From Chrysomallon squamiferum (lineage: Eukaryota > Animalia > Mollusca), in assembly GCA_012295275.1 (NCBI GenBank), contig CM022678.1, forward strand, positions 4,402,001-4,466,000: a stretch of DNA of 64,000 bases, given 5' to 3'. This document shows, piece after piece, positions 17,501 through 30,830 of this stretch. Under the pieces are notes generated by a model that worked only from the letters and a program-made list of their open reading frames with translations, made no database searches and was not told where the DNA came from. Made by a program: the position numbers and the translations under genes. Each line of letters opens with the position of its first letter. Position 1 is the first letter of the stretch.

Positions 17501-18996
17501 TAGGAAATTAGTTAAAGAATGGAGTATTGCATAAACCACAGCTAATTCTGAATTCAGTCCGGTTGCGGGTCTCGAACTCACAGCTGTCAGTATTAAAACG
17601 ACACAAACAACACGTCACAGTTTCGTGCTTAGCTATCAGTCCACACTGTGTTACGTCACTGAATAGGCTAAAAAAAAAAAAAAAAAAATGTCAAGGTGCA
17701 AAGCGATGTTTTAACCTTTTTTGTAGAAATATAAATATTTGTTTTGTAAGCCATTAAAAAGAACAATATTTACTGAAGCGTGACTGAAAGCTAGTTTTCC
17801 TCCGAGATTTTTTTTTTTTCGGAAGACAATTGTTTTTTTTTTTTTTTTTGGTGGGGTTTCTTTTTCGCCGCTTTCAGTCACGTATAACAAACCAATTGTT
17901 AAAATAATGAACATTTTTTTCTCTCTCTCTCTCCACAGGGAATTTTGGTTCTTGATAATTTTTAAAGGAAATTTTAATCATTTCTTTCTACAGAATTATA
18001 ACACTAAACAACATCTCGCTGCAACGAGAGTTTGTTTAAAAATAACAGTCACGTGACAAAAAATTAAAAAAAAAAAAAATTTCTACGGAGGATTTATTAA
18101 TTAGTAAAAGTGCACTTCGATTAGTTTTTTAAAAGAATATATTGTAAATAACATCTCGTTGTAACAAGAATTTATTTAAACATCACGTGACAAATACATT
18201 TTATTATAAAAAAAAAAGATAATAATAATAATAAAAACCGTAGAATTCTACGTGGTTTTTTTTGTTGTTTTTTCACCTTTGCATGTCACGAACACCGGCA
18301 GTAACGCAAGGAGATCCAGGACACATTTAAAACATGTAAAAATAGCAAAGAAACAAACACTCAAACAACCAGAATTTAATAAAACCGATAGGTGGCGCTG
18401 CCACTCTCTCGTCTGCACTGAAAGTGACATTTCAGTTCTAAGGGGTTTTTTTTTGTGACTAATTATTTTATCGATCTGTTTTCTTTCTCGTAATAGACTG
18501 CAGAAAGCGTGCATTTGCAAGAGGATTTAATTATTTAAAAAATGTACTTTTGAAAACAGCGAATTGTGTTTGGTACAAGAAGGTTAATGCGCATCAGTGC
18601 TGGACACATTTACCGCTTATGGATTTTTGTTAGCATGTCTGCGTTAGAACTGATATCTGTCTTAGGAGTAGTGTGGTGGTCATATCCTCCCTCCCCCCCC
18701 TCTTCCTCTGTCAGCTGTTTGAATAAACCAGAAAGTGTCGCTATCTTAGTATCTACAAATCTTTAGGCCTGTATGTTTATTGTTACGTTTTTTTTTTTTT
18801 TTTAAGTTTTTCTCCGATACCGTAAAAATGTATTTGTATATGAATGTTTCTTTTTTATTTAAATATATTTTCTCTGTTGTTAATAATGTACAAGAATATG
18901 TGGTTCTGTTAATATCTCTGAATGTAGATATTATAAAGTGAATTGTTTAATTTGACTGATTGTCAAATTTTAGATACGTTTATTTGTTGTTGCTTT

Positions 18997-19039
<43 letters not shown>

Positions 19040-19932
19040 TTTGTTTGTTTGTTTGTGTTTGTGTTTGTTTTGTTTTTATTTATTTATTGTATTATTATTT
19101 TATTTATTTAATGTATTATTTATTAATTCATTATGTATTTCTTTTGTTTCTTTCCTTTTATTTTTTAAAGTAATGTTATTTTTATTGTTATTGTTGTTGT
19201 TGTCTATCGTTTCGTTTCATTTTTATTAATTGTATTTTTGTTGGGTTGTTTTTTGTTGTTTTTTTCTTTTGCGCTTTCTCTTTTCTACCGTTTTTTAATT
19301 TTTCTTTTTCTTTCTGTTTTATTATACTTTAAATTAATTTTGACAGTCTTTCTGACAACAGAGAACCGTCAAGGAATTTAACATTTTTAAAAACCACTTT
19401 CTTTCTTTTAATTAGGAATATTCTGCTATCGGCTGAAAAATGCAACAAGTTGGACTTAATTTAATTTCTTCAGGTTGACTTTTGATGCCAGTTTTGACAG
19501 AAGTTGTTTTTTTATCCAGTAATATGATTACAACAAAAACAAAAGCGCTTCTTCTTCGTATTTCACGTAAACAACATCAGTAAACGTGGGCAGTTATTTG
19601 TGTTTGCGTAAAACAGTCAGGCAAAATAATAGCAGCAATCGTAGTTGTATCAGAAGCGGCAGAAATAATTGTTGTTACAGCTGTTGCTGTAACAATGGTA
19701 GCAGACGTTGTTGCTGTTGAGAAGTAGACGTGGTATTAGTAACTGTAGTAGTAAAAGTATAGCTGTCGTAGTTGTTGTTGTAACAGTAGTAGTAGTAGTA
19801 GCATCTGAGGAAATAGTATAGTGGTAGCAGTAGCTGTTGCTGTTGTTGTGACAGTAGTTGTAGGTAATAGTAGTAGCAGCTGCGGAAGTAGCAAAAGTAC
19901 TTGTTATTATTTTAGTAACAGTAGTAGTAGTT

Positions 19933-19982
<50 letters not shown>

Positions 19983-20677
19983 TGTAGTAGTAGTAGTAGT
20001 GGTGGTGGCAAATCCAGGAACAGAAGTGGCAGTAGTAGCTGTACTGCTACAAGTAGTAGCAGCTGTAGTGACAGTAGTGGTAGTAGTACTAGCAATAATA
20101 ATAATAATAATAATAATAATAGACTAATAACATAAATACTAGTACTAGTAATAATAATAATAATAATAATAACAACAACAACATAAATAATAGTACTAGC
20201 AGTACTAAAATTAGAGTAGAAATAACAAAATATGTAGCGACAGTAGCAATAGTTGTTGATGTCGATGATGACGTCGTAGAACTGTATTATGTTCTTATTA
20301 ACAATTCCATTGTGTTCTAATTTTATCTCCAGCACATCAGCTAGAACAAGCTTAATGGCCGCACCGGCAAGATTCGATCTTATCTCCTGTAATTCTGAAA
20401 AACGTCAGACAAATACGTGTATTTGAAAACTGAGTTAGTTGAATGAAATACCGTGAAAAGCAGCAATTTGTCTTCCAAACGTGACAAGCCAATTTTCAAA
20501 ACTCATAACCGTGATAAGTATATATATATATATGTTTGTGTGTTATTGTTAAAAGTAAAAAAACAATGTGTCAAGGTTGAAGGTTAATGGGTTCAAATCC
20601 TTGAACCTGACGCGGTGAAGAAAATCTCGAATTCGTTGATATTTGTCGTCCACACACGTAGATGATAATCTTTAATT

Positions 20678-20710
<33 letters not shown>

Positions 20711-21234
20711 CCTTTGCTCTGCTAATCTATCAAAGTTGACAGGGGCAAATAAAAAGAATTCAGAAACTGTTTAAAACTAATAGAGCAGCCATAGAAAGAA
20801 AATTTAGACTGAAAATATCATACATGTTAAGTGCTTCTTAAATTATTTCAGTGTCAATCACCGTTAAGTTCTGACTTAAAAAAAAAAAAAAGACGAACTG
20901 CAATCACCCTTGAATAAGTTTCCTTATGTTTGCAGGAATTTTCAGCTCACGTTTTTTTTTTGTGTTTTTTTCATAATTTGGGAATAATGATTGTATTAAT
21001 GCAAAAAGATGAACGAACGTACATACCTATATACATGCGTACATATGTACATAATAACGTACAAAATACACGCATACGTATAGAAATATGCAAACACAAC
21101 TCACAAATACTTATGCAAACAAATGCAAACACACGCTAACAATTAAATACGCATTCTAAATAACGGTGAAAAATATCCGCTAATAAAAAAATAAAAAAAA
21201 TGAAGATAGATAAATACATAAAAATAAAATAAAA

Positions 21235-21269
<35 letters not shown>

Positions 21270-22768
21270 AAGGAAACAAAGAAAAAAAAATAAAAAAAAA
21301 AAATATAATCTCGTCTCTATTATTTTAGCTGTGCGATATTTCCATACCTTACGAGAAAAGCATTTATTAATTTTATTTTATTTGTTTTTTTGTCTCTTTT
21401 CTTTTCCTTTTTTAATTTTTCCCTCTACCTTTTCATCTGTGTAATAAAAATGGTTTTAGTGATACAAATCCAGTCTCGTGCCAACCTCGATAAATGAAGT
21501 ACATTATTTTCACGTCTCGTAAAATCATATTTGTAATAAAGTAATACCTGAAAAAACAAATAATGTTTTCCTTCAGACTAATTCAGATAAAAATCATTGT
21601 TATCTAAAAACTCGAACCGCTGGGGAAAAACAATCATATTTATAATAATTCCAGGAAAAACCTTTTCCTACGGATAACCAAACTTCAGTTATGTTTTGAA
21701 CGTATTTTTATTATTACTTCTACTACTGTAATTACAACTACTACCACCAGCACTACTTCCGTCAATATCAGTAGTCTACTATTACTACTATTAAACACGT
21801 TAAGATAAAAAAATATATATATATGAAACAAAGATAACAAAACAAATTAATAATGATAATAACAATGATGATGTAATTAAATTAATAAACAAAATCTGAA
21901 CTATTGGCATAACTAATCTAGTGGTTAAATTTAATAAGTAAGCAAGCAAAACAAACAAATAAATAAATTTACCTTTAGACTTTCACTTCGTCTGTTGTGA
22001 CGTAATGCTTACAGTTTAACTATGACGTCATTTTATTGTTTATATTCGCTCTAATTTTGGCGAAAGAAATCGCTAACAGTAGATAAAAAAAATAAAATAT
22101 AAAAAAAAAAGAGATTATTCATATTTAAGAATTCCGGGTAAGGTAAATTTTAAATATGTTCTTGTTAGTGATTTGTTGTGTTTTTTTTTCCTTTTAAAAT
22201 TGGTTTTGAATTCTGTTATTTTCTTTGTTCATTCCGCTAGTGTTTTCTGTATCTTAACTGTTTAGATTTTCTTTTTGGTTATTATTATTATCGTCGACGT
22301 CGTTGTAGTAGTAAAAATAGCAGTAGCAGCAACGCAAGAAGCCGAACTAGTTGTTCTTGTAATAGTGGTAGAAGTAGCAGAATAGTACTAGTTGTTATTG
22401 TAATGCTATTAATAGTGATAATAATATTTATATCATTTCTTCAGTAATAACTGTAGTTGTTGCTGTTACAGTAGTTGCTGTAGTAGTTATAGCGGTAATA
22501 ATAATAGTAGTAGTTTTTGTTGTTGCAGCTGTTATTCTTCTTCTTCTTTTTCTTGTTTAAAAGCGGAGTTGATGGTAATAATAGTTGCTGCTGCTGTTAC
22601 AGTAGTTGCAGCAGTAGTAGTACACGTAGTAGTAGCAGACGCAGCAGCAGCTGTTGCAGTAGTAATATTGGTAGTGGTAGTGGCAGAAGCATTAGTGGCA
22701 GTTGTTATGTTTCCCAATAGTAAAAATTAATGGTGATGGTACTTGTAATAACATCAGCAGCAGTAGCT

Positions 22769-22825
<57 letters not shown>

Positions 22826-23689
22826 ACAGTAGTAGTAGTAGTAGTAGTGGTGGTGGTGGTAGGGTACTGATGGTGATGATGGTGGTAGCAACGTTTTCAC
22901 TGAAATCATCTGTAAAACAACGACGCATATTCCATATTGAAACGCCATTCTTACATCATTTATTAGACAGACAACTGTAAATGAATTAGTGGTTAAACAA
23001 CATGTGAATGTAATTTAATATTAACTACCGCTAAACGTCAAAAATATCGCTTTCGAGATGATGAGCTTACAGACGAAAACAACAACTCTGTTGGGAATCG
23101 TGTTATTGTTGTTGTTGTTGTTAATAGGAAATACACATATCACAACCTTCGACAAAAATATGCGCAACGAACTATGAAGCATTCCTAGTTTGTTATTTTA
23201 TACTCAAGAGATATTAAATTATGCTAATTTATGTTAATTTATGTGTCTGTTATCGATCTGTTTGTATTGTCTGACTGCTGATGCTGATGTTGTTATGTTG
23301 TAGTAATTGTTGTGTTAATAGGCGTTATAAAGAATAGCAACCGTCAAAGGTGTAGTAGTTGTTGTAGCAATGGTAGTTGTAGTAGTAGTAGTAATAGTAG
23401 TGGTGGTGATAGTAGTAGTAAAAGTAGTAGCAGTGGTGGTGATAGTAGTAATAATGGTAATAGTAGCAGTACCAGTAGTAGTGGTACAAAATTAATACGT
23501 AATAGTAGTAACAGTAGTAGTGGTATAGAATTAGTAGACGATAGTAGTAGTAGTAGTACTGCTTGTAATAGTGGCGATGATAGTAGTAGCAGTAGTAGTA
23601 GTAGTAGACGACATTTTATTATCATTATTACAGTCATCACAATAACCTTTTTTTATATATTTTACTAAGCAAAGAAAAAAATCTATATT

Positions 23690-23960
23690 TCTGGGCGGAG
23701 CAACACAAAAGAGTGGGCAGGTCAGCGCATTGATCGGCTGTTCAGAAAAACCAGCACGAGAGCAGACGATCGGAAGATTTAGCTGCGCGCTGATTTAACT
23801 TACGAGTTTTGTCGAGTGCGCACGTGTCGAGCAGACGACATTATCGGAAAGCTGTACATAAATAAAGAGAAAAAAAAAAAAAAACCTGAAAGAGAAAAAT
23901 GACGTGTAACAAAATACTGCTGTGTTATTTGGGGCGGGACACGCGGAAATAAGCAGAGAC
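23690..23960. promoter_or_regulatory. CpG-rich island with GC boxes (candidate promoter/enhancer)
   Basis: Two GGGCGG boxes (~23693, ~23932), a CACGTG at 23821 and many CpGs in otherwise AT-rich DNA. A minus-strand donor CTC|GTAAGT lies at 23803-23798. Confidence 0.35.
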
Positions 23961-24416
23961 ATTGAGATTCGTGGGATATTTGAAATTAACAGTTTAACTT
24001 GTTTTGTTTTGACAGTTGTGCTGTATTTCATTCGTCACCTCGTTTTGGACTTTTTTCAAAAAAAAAAAAAAAAAGAAGAAGACAAGAAAAGAAGATTTAA
24101 AAAGGGGAATAAGAAAAGAAAGTTGTGTTGTCCTTGAAAAAACGAATTTTGTTTTGTTTTTAGAAACAAAAGAAAAAAGACCGAACGGTGAAATGGAAAT
24201 AACGAGAAAAGGAATAATGAAATTAAAAAATAACCTATAAAATTCAGGAAATATTTTAAAATATTAAGAAAAAAAGAACAACAACAAAAGGAAAATCTAT
24301 GCGATATGAAAAAGGAATAAAAACTAGAAACTGCTTTCGAAACAAAAAAAAAAAAAAAAATCAGTTTTTCTTATTCCTTAATTCAGCCAAGGAAATCTAA
24401 TTAATATTTATTTAAT

Positions 24417-24458
<42 letters not shown>

Positions 24459-24837
24459 TACGACATGGGTTAATACAACCAAATAATCAGAAATCTTTCA
24501 GAAACCGATTTTAAAAAATTCAGCTCAAAGTGGATACACTTTTGTAAACAAAACACAGCTGACAAGAAACTGTACTGAGTGGCGTTTTCTTTACACGAGG
24601 ATTTCTAACTTTACTTTCTCATGTGATTTCGTTCCCAGAACTACGAAGGTATCGTATTTTTCTGTAACATCCACCGGAAAATTACCCACAGAGTTCTCAT
24701 CTCCTGGAAGGTTGTGGATATTCTGTGCAAACTGAAATCTGTAAGTAGGATCAAATTGTAATATTGTTGTTGTTTTTGCTCATGTTGTTGTTCTTGTTGT
24801 GGTTGTTGAGTTCTTCTTCTTCTTCTTCTTCTTCTTC

Positions 24838-24871
<34 letters not shown>

Positions 24872-24902
24872 GGGAATCCAGTTCGATGCTGGATACTGTA
24901 TT

Positions 24903-25058
<156 letters not shown>

Positions 25059-26029
25059 CAAAATCTGATAATTCTTGTTTGTTTTATTCGCGTCTTTGTC
25101 ACTACTGTAGAAGCAAATCTACATTTCCCTGACTTAATTACTTAATTATTTGACCATTTAAATAGGCGTAGAAAAAATGCGTTCGTAATTAAAGTGGCAG
25201 TAACTTTGTCACTCTGACAGGCCAAATAGCCGTTCACCCCAGGAAATTACTTCCTTGGTATTAATCAAAATTAATACAATACAATAATGACTATTAACGC
25301 TGCAGATCTGGTGCGATTACAAAACGATTAATAATGATTGCAATAACAAGGCAAATTCATTATTAATCAATTATAAAATCTGATATTAATATATAGAAAT
25401 AAAAATTGTACACACCAAAAATAAATTAAACAGTATATATATATATATATATATATTATCTGTTTATATTTGGAAAATATACAGGAATAAATATTTCATT
25501 TAACGCCCTTAAAACGATTAAATGGTATAAATAATTGTATAGGTGTCACAAAGCTAAATAACAATAATAATAATAATAATAACAACAACATTAAAGTCTT
25601 TCCATTTGACACCAAAGGACAAAAAGGGCGTACTACTCGGGGCCGGGGGTCACGGGGAGAATGACCGCCCCTCCAGAATTCTAGGAAAGGAGAGAAGAAA
25701 ATATGAGAAAAGTAAACTACACGCGTTTTTATTTTTGTAAAAATTCTAACAACTCGGACCCTCTAACCACTTAAACAAACAGTCTCCATGAGCCCACGAG
25801 AAATACGCTGTTAAGTATTTGAAATGTTTGTACAGCGAAGTAATAATCATTGTTAATTGAGCCGTACAGCCTGCTGTGTGTGTGATGAGAGTAATTGTGT
25901 GTGAGTGACATGTAGACTGAAAGACAGAGCGCTATTACGTGTGTACTGCATCAGTCGCGTTTCTGTTATACCATCATTATTATTACTGTTATTATTGACC
26001 TGATTATTATTATTATTATTATTATTATT

Positions 26030-26073
<44 letters not shown>

Positions 26074-26231
26074 TATTATTATTGTGTTGATTATTATTTC
26101 TTAATTTACAATCAGTTATTATTTTGATGTTGCTATAATCATCATCATTTTGATTTTTATTACGATAATTACTGGGGGTTTTACTAGAGCTAGTATTACT
26201 ACTATAATTATTATTATTATTATCATCATCA

Positions 26232-26314
<83 letters not shown>

Positions 26315-26478
26315 ATTATTATCATTACTCTTTGATTTTAAAAAGGACCATCATTATTATTTTCATCATATCCGAGATTTAACATCTTTAATAACTTCAC
26401 TAAATCTAGCTGTTAACAGAAAGAGTCATAAAAATAAAAATAATAATAATAGTAATAGAACTACTACTACTACTAATA

Positions 26479-26515
<37 letters not shown>

Positions 26516-26536
26516 CAACAACAACAACAATCATAA

Positions 26537-26567
<31 letters not shown>

Positions 26568-26985
26568 AATAGTACTACTACTACTAATAATAATAATAGT
26601 AATAATAATAATAATAATAATAACAATAATAATAATAATAACAACAACAATAACGAAACTCAATATCCTTATTTCTACTTAATCTTGTTACTTATCTCTC
26701 TGACTCCACCCTCCCACTCACACGCACCTGACTGTTTACTACCAAGAAGCCGCATCACGTCTTTTACCACTTAACGTTTTAGAAACATCAGAAGAGAAGC
26801 AGTGTTTTTGCTGTAACAGATATAAACAGTCCTCTCACTCGATGAATATCAACGTTCTAAGTCTTCAGTTTTCAGGGGGTTGTTTGTGTTTGTAGATAAA
26901 GGTGCATTCATACCAACCGACTTTTGTTATCTCTTCCTCTGGTTATCTGTCTCTGGTCATTCTGTGTCTCTCTTCGCTCCCTTCT

Positions 26986-27075
<90 letters not shown>

Positions 27076-27274
27076 CCTTAACCCATCATTATTAGTTTAT
27101 TTTTTATTATATATCGTTTTATTTATTACTTAAAATTATATTATTAATTTATTATTATTGCATATTATATTAGTAGTAGTAATAGTAGTAGTTGTAGTAG
27201 TAGTAGTAGTAATAGTTGTAGTAGTAGTAGTAATAGTTGTAGTAGTAGTAGTAATAGTAGTAGTTGTAGTAGTT

Positions 27275-27307
<33 letters not shown>

Positions 27308-27407
27308 TTGTTATTGTTGTTGTTATTATAGTTGCTTCTTTTGTTTGTTGATTTATTTATTTATTTATTGACCGATAAAATAAATAAATAAGAATTAAAA
27401 TTATTTT

Positions 27408-27476
27408 GCCATCGACGAGTATTGATCCCAGAGCCCATGACGCAGCAAACTAAACAACTCTACTATTCAACTACAG
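27408..27476 (-). mobile_element. Decayed tRNA-derived SINE head (second family)
   Basis: The minus strand reads ctgtagttgaatagtagag...ctgggatcaatactcgtcgatggc, with A-box-like TAG..TAGTAGAG and B-box-like GGATCAATAC. Related 'attgatcc' fragments occur near 14236 and 51036. Confidence 0.35.
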
Positions 27477-27990
27477 AACAACTTGACATTTCCTTAGTCG
27501 CTAGTCCGCACTGTCGATCGATCATCATCTATCCATTAATCATTGTTCTAAACATATCGATCGATATTTTGTTACGTGACATGTACCGATTAAACTGTAT
27601 TTTCAGTCACTATTTTTACGGTATTAACCTAAAGGTATCGTTAGCTCAAATTGTTCCGTATGAATTAACCTTCAGGTAAATAAAAAAAAACAAAAGGTCG
27701 CCGGAAAATGCACTGAAAGGCATAATTATTGCAGCCTCAATTTTCTCACGTTCAAATTATTTTTAATACCTTCAAGACCTACATACACTGAACCATTTTT
27801 TGAAGAAGACATACAAAAAATATAGTGATGCTGTGAGCATTTTATTAGTTAACCGTTGCAGGGTATCGTATGTTAAAAACCTTTCACGTAAATGACAGAG
27901 TAAAACTGATGACGTCATTTTTTTTTTTTTTAATTTATCATTTCATATTATTATATATAGATATATCTATTTACATTTTCTTCATTTTTT

Positions 27991-28029
<39 letters not shown>

Positions 28030-28152
28030 TCTTTTTGTTTAGCAAGAAGTTATCATTTTTAAACACCTTCTCACAAACAGTAAAACATTGCCTTGGATAA
28101 ATTAATCGTGGGACATTGGTTTTAACGGGAAATAACTCCAAGAATATTCTTA

Positions 28153-28215
28153 TGGTAGGGTTTGAACCCACGGCTTGTTAAACCTCAGTCTACTGTCTTA
28201 ACCAGTGATTTACGA
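28153..28215 (-). mobile_element. Decayed tRNA-derived SINE head
   Basis: The minus strand reads cactggttaagacagtagactgaggtttaacaagccgtgggttcaaaccctacc, with A-box-like TGGTTAAG and B-box GGTTCAAACC at tRNA spacing. No complete cloverleaf. Confidence 0.55.
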
Positions 28216-28984
28216 GCCAGGTATTGAGTTTTATTTCACATGATAAAATACTCGAGATTTTTCGAGAAAATTTACAGAAAGTCTTTGAAAACATATGTTC
28301 ATGACATCTTGTGATCTAGGAATCATCATTCTGTATGAATGTAGCTCAAAGCAAGAATTTCCTCCGGTAACTGCATTGAAATATTTCGAAATATTGAATT
28401 TCCTCGTGTTAGATCACGCTTTTGTGATTTACCTAAAAACCAAGCTGATCTCTAGCAACTGTCGATAGAGACTGAAGTCACATGTTTGCTGAATTTTCTG
28501 ATGTTCAAATCACTCCGAAAAAACGTGTCTTACGGCCAGATTATTCAACGATAAATTATTCAAATCAGACCTCATCTTAGACAACTTGAAAAAAAAAATA
28601 TAACTTTGAAGGTAAAGATTTAAAACCAGATTGCTCGGTGTGATTGTACATTAAAGTAAATCAACTTTAAGCAAGCCACGTTGAAGTCAAATCGTCCTGT
28701 ATGAAACGAGCCTTAACAAAAAGCGTTCACGGACAAATGCATGTAAAAGCCTTTAATGTCACATGTCTGCCGGAACCTCTGAAGTTTATTTTAATCTGAT
28801 GCAGCTGGAGAAGTTTCGCCGATTAAGTTTTCTGCTAAAAATGTATTTTCTTGACGCATGTCTGATGTTAGTTGCCAGTAAACTGTTTATAAATTACATT
28901 AAAGTGAAGTTATTATTTTTTTTTGTCAAGCTGATATGATGCAGAAAACCCCATTTTTTTAGGGGAAACTTTAAACCTCATCAG

Positions 28985-29043
28985 TGACACAGTGGTTAAG
29001 CACATCTTTGAACACTGGCAAATTACAGGTTCGCCTCTCCATA

Positions 29044-29046
<3 letters not shown>
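28985..29046 (+). mobile_element. Decayed tRNA-derived SINE head
   Basis: gacacagtggttaagcac...acaggttcgcctctccatacc gives A-box AGTGGTTAAG and B-box-like GGTTCG. Confidence 0.5.
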
Positions 29047-29079
<33 letters not shown>

Positions 29080-29252
29080 ATTATACTGAAATAGACATTT
29101 TTATCCAGATAGCAACTATTTCAAAAATGTTTTTTTTTTTTTTTTTTTTTTTAAAGAAATTAAAATTAAAAATAAATTAAACAGTGTTGCATAGAGTAAT
29201 TAGAATCAATGTTATTGTTGATGCTGGTTCACTAAAACACACGTCTGTATTT

Positions 29253-29430
29253 TGCAATGGTTAAACAGCCGTTTTAAGATTGGTAGGTTCTGGGTTCGTC
29301 TCCCAATCCGTCTTTTTTACAGACTTAAATTGGTACATCTGTGACTGTCATTCTCTTTCTTACCACTAACAATCTAACATACTAACTAAAGATAGAACTT
29401 TCTTGTGAGCCCAGTACAAGTGTGCTCGTG
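29253..29430 (+). mobile_element. tRNA-derived SINE remnant with body
   Basis: gcaatggttaaac...ttggtaggttctgggttcgtctccc head followed by a CTAAC-rich body (ccactaacaatctaacatactaac). The 17-nt core GGTAGGTWCYGGGTTCG recurs on the minus strand at ~49671 and ~50604. Confidence 0.6.
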
Positions 29431-30238
29431 TGTACTGACCATTAAAAACATGTTTCAAATAACTAATTTAAACGATTCATTTAAAGTGACGGTAAAAATT
29501 AACAAAGATTTGTGAATTAAAATTTATGATCGAAAAGCTGTTTTTCCACATTTATTTTTATTATTTTTCTTCTTTCTTTCTTTCCTTTTTCGTTTTTTTC
29601 TTTCTTTCCTTTTTTCTGTCTTTTTTTTCTTGTCTTCTTGTTTTCTTTTCTTTTTTCTTCGTCTTTTCTCTAAATTCGTTATCTCCTTTTTTTTTCTTTT
29701 TCTTCTTTTTGTTTTCCCTAAATTTTTTTTTTTTCGTCTTCTTATCATCTTTTTTATTTATTTTTATTTTCCTTCTGCTGCTCGCTGTTCTTTTAAGCAG
29801 CGTCAAAAAGTCGTTTGTTTTTACAAGTTTCATTTATTCTCTTTTTAAAGTCCATAAATATAACTTGCACGCGAAAATCAAAGAAGCCGACACATTTTAA
29901 TCAGCCTCTTCTCCAGTGTTTAAAAGAATCTCTAATAAATAGGAAATAAATGTTTTTTTTTACATTATGTAGATTCCATCTGATTGACTGTCTGTCTTGC
30001 TACGTATGTCTGTAGTTATATGCATGTGTATGGATTTGAGTGTATGTTTGTAAGTAGGTGTGTATGAATGTATATAATTATCTATATATTTTACATATCT
30101 GTTCTTCTTTCGCCCTATCGCTGTTTCTATGTAGTTCTATTTTCATCTTTTTGTGTTTATATCTATCTACATCCACTTACCTATCTGTTTAAATATAAAT
30201 CTATCTATCTACCGACCTATCTAATCTATCTGTCTGTA

Positions 30239-30294
<56 letters not shown>

Positions 30295-30439
30295 CCTATA
30301 TATATATCTATATGTCTGGCCCTCTATATGTCTATCTGTCTCTCTCTGTCTGTCTGACTGATTGTATGCTATACCTGTGTATAATAAATAATAAGATAAT
30401 TTATTACCAGTAGAGCAACAGCTATCGTTTTATAAGTAT

Positions 30440-30830
30440 ACGTTTACTATAATTTACTTTGACAGGATTTGTTGCAGCGTTACAAACAACTTATCGTTAC
30501 GTTACAAGACTTGATGCTGCGTTATAATTAATTAATCGTATTATACGATTACCTAGGTTGTTAAAAAAAATATGGTTTTGCTGTTGTTGTTGTTGTTGTT
30601 GTTGTTGTTATTGTTGTTTTTCATTATACTAACAAGACTATCTCTCTGCACGTTACAACAAGATTAACTGTCGTGATAGAAAAACAGGTTTATTTGCGTT
30701 ACATGAAGATCTGTCTTTTCGTTACAAAAAGATTTACGACACGTTACAAGAAGATTTACAGTCCCTTCACAAGACTGGTCGCTACGCCATAACAAGATTT
30801 ATTGTAGCGTTACAACAAGATTTACGATTC
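30440..30830. repeat. Degenerate ~25-bp minisatellite (CGTTACAACAAGATTTA core)
   Basis: Recurrent cgttacaaacaac / cgttacaagac / cgttacaacaagatta / cgttacaaaaagattta / cgttacaagaagattta / cgttacaacaagattta, interrupted by (TTG)n. Confidence 0.75.

Larger units (their letters stand above)
15978..18194. mobile_element. Candidate non-autonomous inverted-repeat element (MITE/foldback-like) with nested repeats
   Basis: 15978-16105 is an imperfect reverse complement of 17931-18060, and partly also of 18125-18194. Example: tttgtcacgtgac..aactctcgtaacagcgagatgttattta versus aaacaacatctcgctgcaacgagagtt..gtcacgtgacaaa. Also aagaaccaaatccctg versus cagggaattttggttctt. No transposase ORF and no clear target-site duplication. 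Confidence 0.45.

Noticed and set aside
28153-29310. Functional tRNA genes
   Set aside because: Only A/B-box remnants are present, with no acceptor or anticodon stems. They are better explained as SINE heads.
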